A stretch of DNA of 64,000 nucleotides from NCBI RefSeq assembly GCF_037042905.1, contig NC_087259.1, positions 28,210,001 to 28,274,000 of the forward strand. The letters are read 5' to 3'. The notes under the pieces are model-generated. The model saw only the letters and a list, made by a program, of their open reading frames with translations. It made no database searches and was not told where the DNA came from. A program made the position numbers and the translations under genes. This document shows positions 37,701 through 50,996 of this stretch, piece after piece. Within the stretch, counting starts at the first letter, position 1. Every line of letters begins with the position of its first letter. The DNA comes from Lytechinus pictus (taxonomy: Eukaryota).

Positions 37701-38173
37701 GTTTTAATGAATATTGTGAAATTCCAAATTCTAAAAGTTAATAGCATTTTAACAACATGGAACCCAGAATGAATTGATATAAAACAGTTGAGATATGGTA
37801 TCAAAACATTCATAACAAAATAAAGAATGTCTTAATCCTATTTTCAAGTAATTGCCAAAAATAAGAAAGATATATACTAACACACTTTCATAAGAAAATC
37901 TTCCAAAATGATTAATCCTGTCCTTCATTCTTTAAACAGCAAAACATGAACAGAGGAATCTATGAGACGCGTGCCTCCCTCCTCAGGAAACATTGCCCCC
38001 CTGTTGAAGACCCACCTCTCTGGCAGATGTCTAGATTCTCCCGTCAGTTGCCCCACCTTGAAACATTCCGCTCACCGAATGCCCGCCAGGAAGCATTTAC
38101 CCATCATGCCACTGACTGTACAGCTCGCACTGGAGTGTTTGGACATGGAATATATGAAAGTGCTAAAAGCTAA
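34744..38173 (+). CDS. CFAP77: Cilia- and flagella-associated protein 77 (242 aa)
   Basis: Exons 34744-34791, 36494-36834, 37370-37475 and 37940-38173 (729 nt): FDNPLLKKSQLGRP...YSLP...FTYG...RDFIALNKACIGAGLVTA...MTFGISTRPSTPVFDLLEHKY...YETRASLLR...LWQMSRF...HLETF, matching recalled CFAP77/C9orf171. Confidence 0.93.
34990..35074. mobile_element. 85-bp Mutator-like mini-insertion with 9-bp TSD
   Basis: TATATCAAG on both sides (34981-34989, 35075-35083). The inside is made of inverted GG(T/A)CAACTCGG / CCGAGTTGTCC motifs. Confidence 0.55.
35762..36411. mobile_element. MITE in CFAP77 intron 1
   Basis: Imperfect TIRs GTATGATGGGGTGTCCAAACTTCGCGC / GCGCGAAGTTTGGACACACTGCCATACTGTA. Confidence 0.6.
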
Positions 38174-40490
38174 AGAACTTTTTGTATAACTTTAATGAAC
38201 TCTAATATTTTGAAGCCCAGAATGAGACTGGGAGTGTAATTGTACTCCAAAAAGTATTTGATTTCCTTTCTGTAAATGAAATATTTCACTTGTATTTAAC
38301 ATCACTCCAGTGAGTACACAAATAATCATGGAAAGTAATTCTACTTTGACGAATACTGGTGTACCAAACAAGAAAATTGGTAACTACACAATTCTGTTTT
38401 TGTCAGATGATCATTGCATTTGATTATTTTTTTTAGTCATGTACTTATAAAATTTTGCAACTTAAAAGAAAAAGGACAATGCTATTTCTGCTTCACTAAA
38501 TCTCAATAAATGGGTATGAAGTTTATCATTGTGTTAATCTTTTGTTAGAGTTGATGATGATCAAGAAGTATGGGTAAAATCCCACAAAATGATGCTTATT
38601 ACAAACCGTTAATGTGCTATACATGTAAATGTGCATGGCCTTTGCGTACGTCAAACATCTTGGAACCACTTAATTCTGTTTGACTTACAAACCATTCAGG
38701 ATATACATGAATTGAATTGAATTTATTAGAACTTCACTGGCAATTGCCAGCATTTTGTTGATAACAAGAAGTACAAAATGATACAAGACAAATATACAAT
38801 GCAAGGAATATAAGCAAATACATGTAAAGGGTTATAAATGCCTTTGCTGGCAGTCGACTTATAAATTGTCTTATTAATTAACACAATAATGCACATGGAA
38901 TGACATGTCAACATTTCGAAACAAGAAACTTCATTCAGTTTGCAATTTTCAAGGCAACTACACAAGTATTTCACAATCAATGATAAATTCTATGTGCACT
39001 TGCAGATAGATGTATTTGAAACTCTCTCTACATATGAATTGCCTTGTTGCAATGAATGACTGAATGAATGACTAGTACGAGTTCATGCTGGCTGTGAACA
39101 CAAGAATTATGCCTGCCTTCAAAAGTCTGTTATGTAATGCCTTGCTTTATTTTGTATTAATAATTTTCACTATAATTCTTCCTAATTTTCCATCAATGAT
39201 TTATGCAATTTATTTACTACTTTATCTTATTGCTAACTGAATCCCACTTGATTTTTTAAACTGTAAATATATATTACTGCAATGTAAATACATGTAAGTC
39301 TATCTGTTGGGTTGACTTTTATGGATGAATTTTTATGTGTGGCTACTCAATGATTATGTCAATGATATTTATTCTCTCAGTTTTGAGTAATAATAAAAGA
39401 ATTGAAAGTATTTAAAGTCTTATTTCTCTCACTGTAGTCTTCAAGCACCAAGATGTCATTTTCATAAGTGGCAAAAGCATGTGTTTTCTTCGGGGGGGGG
39501 GGGGGGGGGGGTATTTACATTTTAACTTCTTCAATTATGTGTGTGTCCATGTGCAGGTGTGTGTGTATGTGAGGGGGGGGGGGTGTAAATACAAGTGTTT
39601 GCAATGGCATTTACAATAGTGATAGTTATTATGTTCTGATGTCTTAAAGACAAATGATAAATACATTGTTAACCAAGGAAGTTTATTTCATGGAACATTT
39701 TAATTATATACAGTTCTGCTCATATGTTTAAATAACAAAAATAAAACAAACATTTAGCCAGTTCTAAACTCAGGTTTAACTTAGCTCATGGTTTGAAACT
39801 GCTTTAACTATGGACAGACGAAAGCATCAACATAATGTTTACAATTAATTGACTCTGGTCACATGATTTGATGAGCAATAAAAATATTTATTATTCTATG
39901 AAATATCTGGCTACCCAGAGCTATCTACATGTACATATCAAGCAAAATGATAAAGTTTAACCACAGTTGAGCGGTAGGTAAAATTGGGTCTAGATGAAGA
40001 CTGGCTATCCATTTCCAGCCTTTACAGTGAATATTAACACACATACTCGGGTCCTACAATCAATACATAACAGTCTTCATTTTCTCGTTCATCTAACTGT
40101 CCATTCTTCCCCTGAGCTTTACGCAATAACCAGTGACAAATGGGGCAACATATCCTTGACAGTGCTTACAAAGTCTCGTCTCTTCTTTCCCACCAACCAT
40201 CAACTTCATCTGGGTTGAGAATGGTGAGAGAAGAGTACATGACAAGTCTGATGATAACGATGATGACGGTTCAAATGGTGACAATGAATATCACTTATAT
40301 GGAGACATTCATCAGAAGAACATTCACAGGTGCCAAGCTCTGAAGTATGTCATATTAGTCACGGCTGGAAAATGTTGTAGTCTGATTGAATGTGAATGTA
40401 TCCATTCAAATCAGATGTATCCATTCACATCAGTTCAAGTATATCAACATCTTGCAAGAAGATAGCGAGAGGATTGTTCGCACATGGAAT

Positions 40491-43400
40491 TCATGGACGA
40501 CAGCATTCATGGTAGGGTTCCACAGTACGGAAACATCGCCAGGTAGGAGGTAGGTTGTCCTTGATATACTTTCCACATAGTCTACATGGTGTGGAGAACA
40601 GCTTGGCGAAACTGTTCAGCCAATGCTGAAAATAAAATCAAAAGAGTACATCATTTGGATATAATTGCACTTTGACCCACAAAGATCACCAGAGTAATTG
40701 TTCATTGTTGCCTATGAAAATTGCAATGGTAAATTTCTAAAAGAAAATTCAAGTACAAAACCTCACTTGCCAATTTATTGGGAAAAATACGTAAGACAAA
40801 AATGATTGCTGGGTTTTTAGGGGGGGGGGGTTTAAATGAAAATACTTAATCACAATCCAAGACCTGAGTCCTTTCCTTTAGAAAGAATATCCTTTAGGCA
40901 GTATAGTTGGAATCTGACAAATCAAATACTTTATCTTACACTTGTGGCAAATACTCATAAATATATGCATTTAGGATAAAATTATAAAGATGGTAAAAGA
41001 TAATATTGGGAGTCTTACCATGAAAGATCTAAATGAGAGATCTTGCATTGTAGGTAGATAATATCGTAAAGAAGCTGCTGTCGCATGCTCAGTGATCTGT
41101 GGAGATGTCAAAAATAGGAGACATGGAGATATCGATAGAAAATTCCTAAGAAAATTCTGTGACATCTGATATTAGAAAATGCAAATGTTGAAAACACTAT
41201 TATTAGCCTAAATTCCCATCATTTGCTTGGATATTTTTTTATTTGTTTTAAAATATGTTTCTGACTTGTGGCATAAAATAGAATGTGCAATGTAGAAAAG
41301 TGGCCTTGCCCCAAAAATATTGAAATTTAAGGCCTGCAATATGATGGGGAGGGGATCATGATGTGTAACATTTTTATCAAAAAAAAATTTGTTTGTAAAG
41401 TACCACTATGTCACATAAATGACTCATTTTCATTTGAAGTGTAAAGACTCAACAGAGATATGACTTCAGTCTCAAAATTTTGGCTGATTTGTTTTTATCA
41501 ATTGATCTGTAATAAAGCTAATTCAAAATCATATGATTGACAAAAAAAAATTAATAAGGATAAAAACAGAAAAAAGGAATAAGTTGTTTTATAGGGATAA
41601 GGAATTAAAAATCAAGCAGAATTTACTAAGAACCAGAACAGTCCCCATTCCATAGCAAGTTTGTCTCAGGACTGGTAACAAGATTCATTATTTACAACAC
41701 AAAGAGATGTCACTGGAAGTGAACTAAGCTGGGCCCCGTCTTACGAAGAGTTACGATTGATCCGATCAACCTCAAGTATATGGAAATCCATAAATGTCCT
41801 TTGTAACAAGAGAAGCACACTGGAATTTCAAAAAAACTACGAATGTATGAATATGTATTATATTCAGAAAATATTTTGATCTTACAAATAATTTAGATGT
41901 TGACGTTGCTGGCTTTCCCATAGTTGTGGTTGAATGGATCAATCATATCTTTTTATAAGACGGGGCCAAGAACTTCTAGGATGTTCTGATAAACAAGGTT
42001 GTACAGAGCAATGATAACATAACGTCATCTTGAACTCACCTTCTGGAAAACTTCATATTTTGATGGTGTCCACAAATCAAGCTACAATAAATAAGGGTGA
42101 AAGAAATCACAAAGTTAAAATCTTCTTACATTCATAATAATTCTTTACTTACAATTAACAACTCAAACTTCTCCATACTGTTAGAAAATGTCGGTGAAAA
42201 TGATGGCAATATTCACTTGACTGGAAATTTCAAATTTTCCAATGATTTTCTGTAAGCAAGTTGATCATTCAGATTTAAGATAAATTCAAACTCTTCCCAA
42301 GCTGCTTAGACAAAACTGAGCATGATAGAAATTATTCTGTTCGAGCAAATATGCCACAGTAAACTCTTTAATGTCAACTTCAACAATGAAAAATAATATT
42401 TGGAATTTCCAACCAAACTAGCTTATAAATGGTAAGCAATGGCCTATTTCAAGTAAAGATAGTATCATTTATGGTTCCTAGAAATGGGCCAGAGGTTTAA
42501 TCTGAAGAGTAGGGGAAGGCGGGGTAAGTTGTGACACTTTTTGCATTTTGCATGATAGAATTGATATGACTAATGATATTGTAGAAATAAGTACCTTGCC
42601 TTTAAATATGATTATTGGGAAATCTTTTTCACCTATATTCAACTTTCTACCCCCACACTGAAAGTCGTTGTGACCTTTGAAAAAAACGATGTCAAGTGGC
42701 ACAACTTGCCCCATCTGTGGGGTAAGTTGTGCCACCTTCGGGGGTAAGTTGAGCCACAAAAACTATGTACAAAATGTATGCGGGAAGAACCAGCATGTCA
42801 ATTTTTTATTTAAAGTCTTTTCACTTGCTAATTCTCTAAAAATACTAACATTCTCTAAAAGTAAAAGAACTGTCATGTGAATTTGCTCTTTTCTGCCTGC
42901 ATATCGATGACTTATTAAGGTTTGATTGTGTTTTTATTTACATTAACATAAGAATTACCATGGCTCAACTTGCCCCATGTTTGCTGGCTCAACTTACCCC
43001 AGTCCGAACTTAATGCGATAATTTTGCATCCACACATTTCTTATGTATCCATCATGTAAAAAACTGTGACGAGAATGAAGATCCATACCTGGACTGACAA
43101 TGTTGTTCATATGCTTTATTATATGTAAAGAAGTGTGTGTGTAAAAAACACTTATCTATTTCACACCCTTTTTTACTTTTTTGGCTGAAATTTGTATTTT
43201 TCCCTCTAAAAAAGTACTTTTTGTTTCAAAGTTGAAAACAATGTGGTGGGGTTAAGGGTTATGTAATGGGTCATCAATACATGACACCACCATAATGTCT
43301 AACTAATTCATTATTGGCCTGGGGGCGGTGGCTCAACTTGCCCCTATGCTCAACTTACCCCGCCTTCCCCTATAGATTTACATAGAAATGATAAGAAGTG

Positions 43401-46400
43401 ATCAGCTTACCGTCCCATCATCATTGAGAGTATTTTCATTGTGAGCTCTGATGAGTACCCTTTCTATGAGCAAACCTCGGAGGACAATGATGGCTTGTAA
43501 TGTTCTGCTTACATAGACCTGATGGAAGAAGGGATGGTGATGAAGAACAGATTATATTGATGGTCTTTGCATTATAAGATGAATGATCAGATTATAGTTT
43601 TATTTTGTCCAGGGTTTGTTTGGCTTTTTGTGGTCTCATTTTTAGTATAATTTCTTTAAAAGTTTTTTTTTTTTAATAAGTACCTTGGGTTTCGTCCCAT
43701 CTTGCCACTGGCCTCACTCATGTTCCTACAAACATCATCTGAAATATTATTGTGTAATCATGTATATTTTATATGTTTGTTGATTGCTCTTTATGAGTGA
43801 AAAATAAACACAAATTGAATTGAATCGCAAGATGATTGATCATATGAATAGAAGATTGAACAAGGCAATCTTCTTGCCAAACTGAGTTAAACTTGGAAAA
43901 TACCCATCTTGTGTATTCCACCTGAAGTGCCGAAAATGAATGAATAACTAATCAAAATCCTCATAGGGCAATCACGATTATGCATTTATCTTTTTATTTT
44001 CAATCCCGTTTTATTCCCAACATATCAGATGTTTGGGTAATTCTGATTAATTGAAATACATTATTGATTAAAACTAGTAACTTTCTTATAAAAAAATAGT
44101 TTAGATCAATCCCAAAGAAATAATTGATTTAAATTAACTGAGGCCTTTTTCAAAGTCAAATAAAATCAAGAACCTTTATATCTGATGTTTTCTGACCATA
44201 GATACTTCTCCTTTTTCATATTACCGAAACCTTTAACCCTATTCATAATTTCTCTTTCATTTCATTCTCAAGTACCTTTTTGGTGTATTCAAACTAGAAG
44301 AATCTGTTCATCAGAAAACTTTGGTGGTACTTTAGTAAAAAGAATATTAAACATAAAACAAACTAGCAATATTATGAAAAGGGAAGGTGTTACAAACCTG
44401 CAATACTGTTGGGTTGAGTTGTATCTTGGTGATTTTCACCTCATGGAATTGACGGTTTACATTCATGACAAGATTGTCTACAGCTCTGAAATAAACAACA
44501 CAAATATATTAATAAACCCTGATAGAACACTAAAATACCATCTCATACATACTGTAAATAAAGGTTGAGCCGACACTATTGACTGGAACTAAAGAATGGT
44601 AAAATAGACTGAACACTGGCAAAGCAGATTATAGGTGAGGTGTGATAGCCATTGGTATTTAAAACCAGTGGTCCTGCAACTTACTAACTCTGATTTGAAA
44701 GTCAGTGCTCTAATTACCACTTGCCAGGTCCCTTGCAGAGGATGCAAAACCTTCAGAACTCTGGATACTTACTGACAGACATTTCTTTCTTTTATAGAAG
44801 TCAGTTAACAATATATCTAGCCATAAACAGCTTAAACATATGTACAAAATATTCCAGTTTTGCTAGTAACCTTCAAATATGCACTAATGAGAGCTAATTG
44901 TTGCAAACAGCAATGAATTCATTCCATCAGGTGTGGGTTAGACCATAACCTCAATTTACTTTGTTTACTAACATCACTTTAAATGGACTGCCATCGTCAT
45001 TGTACCAATTCAAGTGTAGCATAAATTGCCTGGTCGACAAAATAAAACACAATTTCACCTGATTATCTCTAAGCGCATGAAGTCAAATTCTGAACTAAAT
45101 CATGAGTTCAGATTTTGTCTAATTGTGTATGCTTACTGTGTTGATATATTGAGATTGGTAGGAGCTGTTTTCCTTCTCTTAGCTGGACTTCCTCCGCTCC
45201 CTGAGGATCTCTTGATAGAACTGCTATTGAGGAATGTATGGGCAAAGGAGGAATGCTCCCTTAGCTGTATGTATCAGAAAAAGAGCAAGCAATCTTGATC
45301 AGTCACCTCTGGACCTCCATCACATGATGTCCTATAAATATGATGCTCTACTGGAGAGCGTTTCATCAACATTTTTGTCTGACAAGTTGTCAGATCTGAC
45401 TTTCCTTGATTTTGATTGGCTGAGAAGCACTATTACTATGGTAAATGTCGGATAAAATAGGACTTATCTTATAAAACGTCTGACAAGCCCTTTCATGAAA
45501 CCCTCCCCTTAGGTATAAAAAATTGGGAAATGGTTTCGCACGACATGGGAGACAAACCAGGGGGGATCCAGGATTTTCTCAAGGGGGGGGGGGGGCAACT
45601 CTTGTGTATGAACGATATACATTTACATTCAAAATTTTGACTATGACTCTCAAAAGTCATCTGCTAAGGCTATAACTGATCCCATTAAAAAATTCATAAA
45701 TTCATACTCCCAAATCATTAAGCTCATTCTGAACAATGCACAAACCCTCATACTTTTCCTAAATATTATTTTGAACAAAAACCCCCCAGTCAGGAGCATT
45801 GCCAGTAGAAATTATGAAAACTGAAGAAAAAAATGTATAGTAAATGCGTCCCTGCCCCCCCCCAAAAAAAATTGTCTTTTGCCCCTGGTACAGCCAGAGC
45901 CCGAGAACTTCACAAAGATGGTTTCATTTAACTGCAATTTCACCAAGTCTGTTATTCACCAATTGTGGTCTTAAAAATGCAGCTTCATGACACAAGAGTT
46001 CAATATTGAAACTGTGGTTCAACAGTGGAATCAAATGAAACTTTGTCTAGAGAACTTAAAAAGCAGGAACAGTAATCAAAGTAGAAAATAATAGATAATA
46101 ACAATGCGCCTCGGAATAGATTATTTCTAGATAGATGGCGCAATATTAATGCCCATTAATAAACCCCTCAAGTAAAGTTTGGAAATCTGAATTTGATCGA
46201 TAATCCCTCCTTGGTTTTATTGAATATTAATGTGTGATTGACACCAATGAATAGATCATTTAATTCCCCTTAAAATGATACCCTATATGATATGATTATG
46301 GTTCACATGGAGGTGCAGTGCCTTGAAATGTGGGGCAAGGTCAAAATTCAAAAGTTGCAAATTGACACAATATTGAAAGTCACTGTTATTTTTTTCTGGC

Positions 46401-49400
46401 AAAAAGAAGCTGCTGAAAACTGCTTATCTAATAAAAGAGAGCCAATGGAGTAAATTAGAAAGTCAAAAAGGGGCCTAAGCTTTCGATCCTAGCAGAATCT
46501 TCTGTGATGATAAGTGAGTTTCTCAGCGGGTTATTTTGTTTTCATGCACCTTAACATCACCATTAACATGGAGATCTTTGAAATAACATGATTTGAGTCG
46601 TGGTTTGAAATACCCATGCATGTTTGTTATGTTTGCTTGTGCAGAGGTGTGTTTGATTCCATGTTAATGTCGATGTTAACGTGCATGAAAACAAAAGAAA
46701 CCGCTGAGAAACTCACTCATCACCACAGAAAAAAAAGAACAGTGACTTTCAATATTGTGTCATTTTGCAATTTTTGAATTTTGACCTTGCCCCACATTTC
46801 AAGGCCCTGCACCTCCATGTAAATCATACTCATATCATGTATCGGTACTTGAACTATCGTTCATTCCACCACCCATCAGTGCTGAGATCCATCAAAAAGA
46901 CGTTAGTCAAACGAGCGCATGAGGTTAGTGACCAGATCCACCTGAGAGGTGAGCTTGAGCATATCAAACGTGTTTTGAAATGTACATGTAACAACTACCC
47001 CTCACATAAGATCTCCACTGAGCTTCCCCCCTCGCGGAACCCTTGTGCAGGACAACCCAAGGCGAGAGTCGTTCTTCCATATCTGGGAGCAGCCTCTCAC
47101 AAAATTCAGAGGATTTTGAGAGAAGCCGACATTGAGGTTCGTCATAGTTCCTCAAATAAGCTTCAATCTGCCCTCACTACACATAAGGACAAGCGCAACT
47201 CCAAGGACCTCCCTGGAGTTTACCGAATTCCTTGTGAATGCGGTAAAGTTTACATCGGAGAGACGGGTCGTTCCTTCAACACTCGGATTAAGGAACACAA
47301 GGCCCATGGTAGGAGAGACGAGAGGGACAAATCTGCAATCATCGATCATGCCCATACGCATGATCACCGGATTCTTTGGGATGAGAGTAGACTGGTCACC
47401 CGTGTCCCCTACTGGTATCAACGGAGAGTCAGAGAAGCGTTGGAGATTGAGGAACATAACACTGTTCCTCAAGACAGCGGCCTCCAACTCAGCAATATCT
47501 GGCTTACCGTCCTAGACAAAGAGGCTAATTTGCCTAATTAGCCTACCCGGACGTTCCACACACGTGTGAGCACTGCAGTGTATGGGCGGAAGTGGTGACT
47601 TTTGTCATTCATGCTAATCCTAGCGGGAATGATAACTGACAGCAATTTCCGGTCGTCGCTGGTTTTGCGCGCCCAATTTGTGTGTTGTCACCCACGTCCG
47701 CATATGTGGATGTCATGTGACCTATCTAGCCAATCAGAGACATGTACCCTGCGAGATACCGTGCATACGGCACTTCGACAGAGTATATAAGGCCTGCTTT
47801 TACAACTTTGCTCATTCTCCTGAGGACGACAAGAACACACTTGTCGAAACGTCGAGATTGGGTGGTCCTTTTCAGGACCAACATATGCCCAAGAAAGAAT
47901 ACATGGTGTACCGTGAAACCTACTACACTATTCTTCTTCGCCATGGAAACCTTCAGAAATTATATCATATCATGTATATTATCATTTTAACGACAATTAA
48001 ATGATCTTTTGAATGATATAAAATATGCATTGCGTAAAATTGGGGGTTGGGAGAAATTAATGGCCAAACTCACGACTTCCAAACTTTTTTGAGGAGTTTA
48101 TTATTATTACTATTATAACCTACCCTTGTTGCCCATTTGTATGTCTCAAGAGCCTTTGGATAGAGAGGGGTCTTGTCTGTGATTGGATCCATACTGAGTG
48201 ATCCTGTATTCCCAATAGTCTCCGCCTCTCTCTGTCTTCTCACAGCATTTGTCAGCTTCTCCAACTCTCTAAAATCATAAAAAGAACATTATCTTGGTCA
48301 AAACAGTTTGGCCAAGTTCCCCAGACAAACCCAGCACCCTTGAGTTTACATGTTTTGTTTTTTAAAATGTAACTTAGTGCTTGAAATTAGTTATATGAAT
48401 ATCCCGCACGCTAGACCAGTTAAAGCGGGATTTAGCATCGAGGTGAGATTCATGATATTTATTGGCAAATGCACTCATTTCTTATCTAGCACCGCTCATG
48501 ATTTTGCCGCCCTCTACACGCGTCTGGTAGCTAGGCTACATAACAAGGAAGACAAGATGGCGACAATAACAGACTTGAGTAAACGCTCCTGTTCTAGTAT
48601 TATTTTTTTAAATTAAATACTTTATTGGAATAAATACACGCACCGAATTTAGACTCTCCCAGAATGAAAGGCATTTTCTGTGGAGATCTGCGTTTTCAAA
48701 TAACTTGTGAAAAACTTAAGGTACATGAACCTACAATACATGTACATAGACTGTGGCTATGTGCTGGAATTTGAATAGACCGAGTTAGATATTGATTTAA
48801 TTTCTTCTTTTCTTTAACATAATTTATATGCAATCCAAGTGCACCTCACAGTCACAATCACACACAAACACTCACCCACACCCGTGATTCTAACCATGAA
48901 ATTTTTTTTTTTTCTAAATTCATTATTATTTGATCTGAATTCTCTCTCCATCTCTCTCTCTTTTTTTATTTTATTCATTTATTTCGATTTTTTTTTTTCG
49001 GGGGGGGGGGGGGGGGGGTTCATTGTTCGTGGTTCATTAAAGATAAAAAATAAATAAGCTCATGTGTGTGTGGTTGTAAAGGGGATGTGGAGTGAGGGTG
49101 TCAAAACACTTAAATCTGATTTCTTAAATGTTTGAATAAGCCTAATACTTAGCACGCTATTCATGTACTAATTAAAAAATTGCAGGAGCTGCGCTTACTA
49201 TAAACAAATTTGCGGTGTGGTTCACCGTTATATATATAATTTTTTAATCGCCCCCAGTTCCTGTAAAAAGCCCGTGAGCCGGGGGCAATTTTTTTTGAAA
49301 ATTCATTATTTTGACCCAAATTTTGTGTCAGAGTTTTTAATGAATATGTTTCTATGTATAGCATGTGTAAAGTCTGTGGTCGTTGCGTATCTTTTTCTAG

Positions 49401-50090
49401 TAAAATCGCGCAGATACGTGTATGCGCAGACAAGGGGGACTGCGCAGACTTGTCATAAATACATAAAGATATTCATTAAAATCTGACTCAAAATGGAGGA
49501 TGAATTTCAGGCATTCCATGTGATGTGATGGCCTCCAAATGCAGCCTTTCTCATCAAAATCCCAGAATATTGTGTGTAAAGTGAATGGGTGTGCAGACAT
49601 GGGGCACCAATTTTTTTATCAATCTGAAATTAATACCTGGCCAGAGTTTTTTCCAAGTCCAAGAAAGATTTTTGGCACAGTTATGCACAAGAATAAAAGG
49701 AACTTTATCAACTGAAAATATGTGTGAAACGTTTATTATCTGATAGGATGTAGTTTTTAATCAAATCCAGCCTGCATCAAAATGTTTCACTTTCCTTCTT
49801 GAATCTCCATCCACCACCCCCCCCCCCCCCTTCTTCTTCCATGCAATTCATTACTTCGGTCCCGTGTACTTATTCCCGTGTCAGAATACTCACACAAAGC
49901 TTTCGTTGATGAGGAAAAGATCCTCTTGGAGTTGTGATGCAAATGACTTTGGGGCTCCATGCTCATCTTTCGACACCTTAATGCCATCTTTCATGTGATT
50001 GAATGTTTTAGATACGCTAATCCTCAATTTTTGAGTCGTTAAAATGGCCCGATTGAGATAGTTCGCGTTCTCTACGATTGGATTCGCCAT
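40491..50090 (-). CDS. MED27: Mediator complex subunit 27 (306 aa)
   Basis: Exons 50090-49894, 48268-48124, 45264-45137, 44485-44398, 43518-43411, 42081-42040, 41096-41019 and 40625-40491 (921 nt): ...LSMDPITDKTPLY...YKW...LDLWTPSKYEVFQKITEHATAA...RSFMHWLNSFAKLFSTPCRLCGKYIKDNLPPTWRCFRTVEPYHECCRP. Confidence 0.96.
41731..41967. mobile_element. Harbinger-like MITE, same family as 25364-25814
   Basis: GGGCCCCGTCTTACGAAGAGTTACGATTGATCC ... GGATCAATCATATCTTTTTATAAGACGGGGCC. Confidence 0.7.
42512..43370. mobile_element. TA-flanked MITE (Tc1/mariner-pogo group) with perfect 20-bp TIRs
   Basis: TA|GGGGAAGGCGGGGTAAGTTG ... CAACTTACCCCGCCTTCCCC|TA, with multiple internal GGGG(T/C)AAGTTG motifs in both orientations. 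Confidence 0.85.
46843..47964 (+). mobile_element. 5'-truncated Penelope-like retroelement (RT thumb/linker plus GIY-YIG endonuclease, then pLTR)
   Basis: RYLNYRSFHHPSV...LPYLG...PGVYRIPCECGKVYIGETGRSFNTRIKEH...SAIIDHA...RRVREALEI, stop at 47541. 13-bp duplication TCATATCATGTAT at 46830-46842 and 47965-47977. CCAAT (about 47730) and TATATAA (about 47784) in the pLTR. Confidence 0.92.
47813..47860 (+). ncRNA. Minimal type I hammerhead ribozyme motif in the Penelope pLTR
   Basis: TCTC-CTGAGGA-C-GACAAG-aacaca-CTTGTC-GAAAC-GTC-GAGA: core CUGANGA and GAAA, 6-bp stem II, loopless palindromic stem III (ACGT), GUC cleavage triplet, stem I TCTC/GAGA. Confidence 0.7.
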
Positions 50091-50770
50091 TGCGCCGTTC
50101 CTATCCTGATCCACTGCACCGGGATTTAGCTCCTATGAAATGCGATGAATTTGCGTACGCGTACGGTGCGAGGTACGGCCTCGGATTTTTTATTACGCTG
50201 TATACATGTATGCAAAAACAGTGTAATATATGAGTCGCCCTCGCTCTCATGATAAATACTGATAAAAAATGATCACATAAAAGGGGGAGATGGTGATCAT
50301 GTTAATAAAGAAAGATCAATAAATAAGAATGAAGAAATGAGAAAAAATGTCACTATTTCAATCTTAAATCTCCTTAAATTCAAGGGGGAGGGGGGCACCA
50401 GACCCGAGAACCACCATGGAAGCCCCCTCACTTAAAAAACCCCTTTATATTTCATATTGAATAATAATTTCTCATGCACAGTACAAGAAATAATTTTACA
50501 TACAATAGATAACGGTCATCTATAGCTTCCCCGTTCATATCATATTAACTTTTTGTTTTTTTAATTGAAAATATATCGTTACTTAATATTGATATTGCGC
50601 AAAAGGTATTTTCAATGATAAACCCCTGCATGATTTGTTGACAGTATTGTCTCAAATTGTCTTTCTGTTGATGCCCACAATCATAGGTTATTACAGCAGT
50701 TTTTTTATTCATTTCATCCATTCAAGATCTGCAGCGAGATTCGATATTGAAGCTCATACCGAGTCATATA

Positions 50771-50853
50771 GGCCCGTATTCTGAAGTCAGCTTTAACTTA
50801 AACCACAACTTTAAACCAGGGTTTAATTTAAACCCGACTTCAGAATACGGGCC
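50771..50853. mobile_element. Short PIF/Harbinger-like MITE
   Basis: ATA|GGCCCGTATTCTGAAGTC ... GACTTCAGAATACGGGCC|ATA (18-bp TIR, 3-bp TSD). Confidence 0.8.
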
Positions 50854-50996
50854 ATAGTGGTTAAATCAAGTGCAGAAAAACAAGAAAAAGTGTAGGTCCT
50901 AAAGATAAAAACTTCAGGAAAAATATATGTATATTGAAAAGTTATAGTTACATGGGTTTTAATTTGTGACATCATGTGAGCAGCTGCCCCGGTATA

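Larger units (their letters stand above)
46160..48100. mobile_element. Long-palindromic MITE in MED27 intron 2, carrying two Penelope-derived insertions
   Basis: Ends TAAACCCCTCAAGTAAAGTTTGGAA / TTCCAAACTTTTTTGAGGAGTTTA. Arms 46270-46572 and 46659-46842 plus 47978-48005 are reverse complements. Confidence 0.75.

Noticed and set aside
39491-39512. Long poly-G tracts here and throughout as specific G-quadruplex regulators
   Set aside because: They are ubiquitous in this window, mostly inside repeat remnants, and homopolymer length is unreliable. Nothing singles out one tract.
38174-40490. Overlapping 3' UTRs of convergent CFAP77 and MED27
   Set aside because: AATAAA candidates exist on both strands in AT-rich sequence, so real ends cannot be chosen without transcript data.
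46964-48004. Several 60-127-aa ORFs overlapping the Penelope element
   Set aside because: Alternative-frame and antisense shadows of the GIY-YIG ORF and pLTR.
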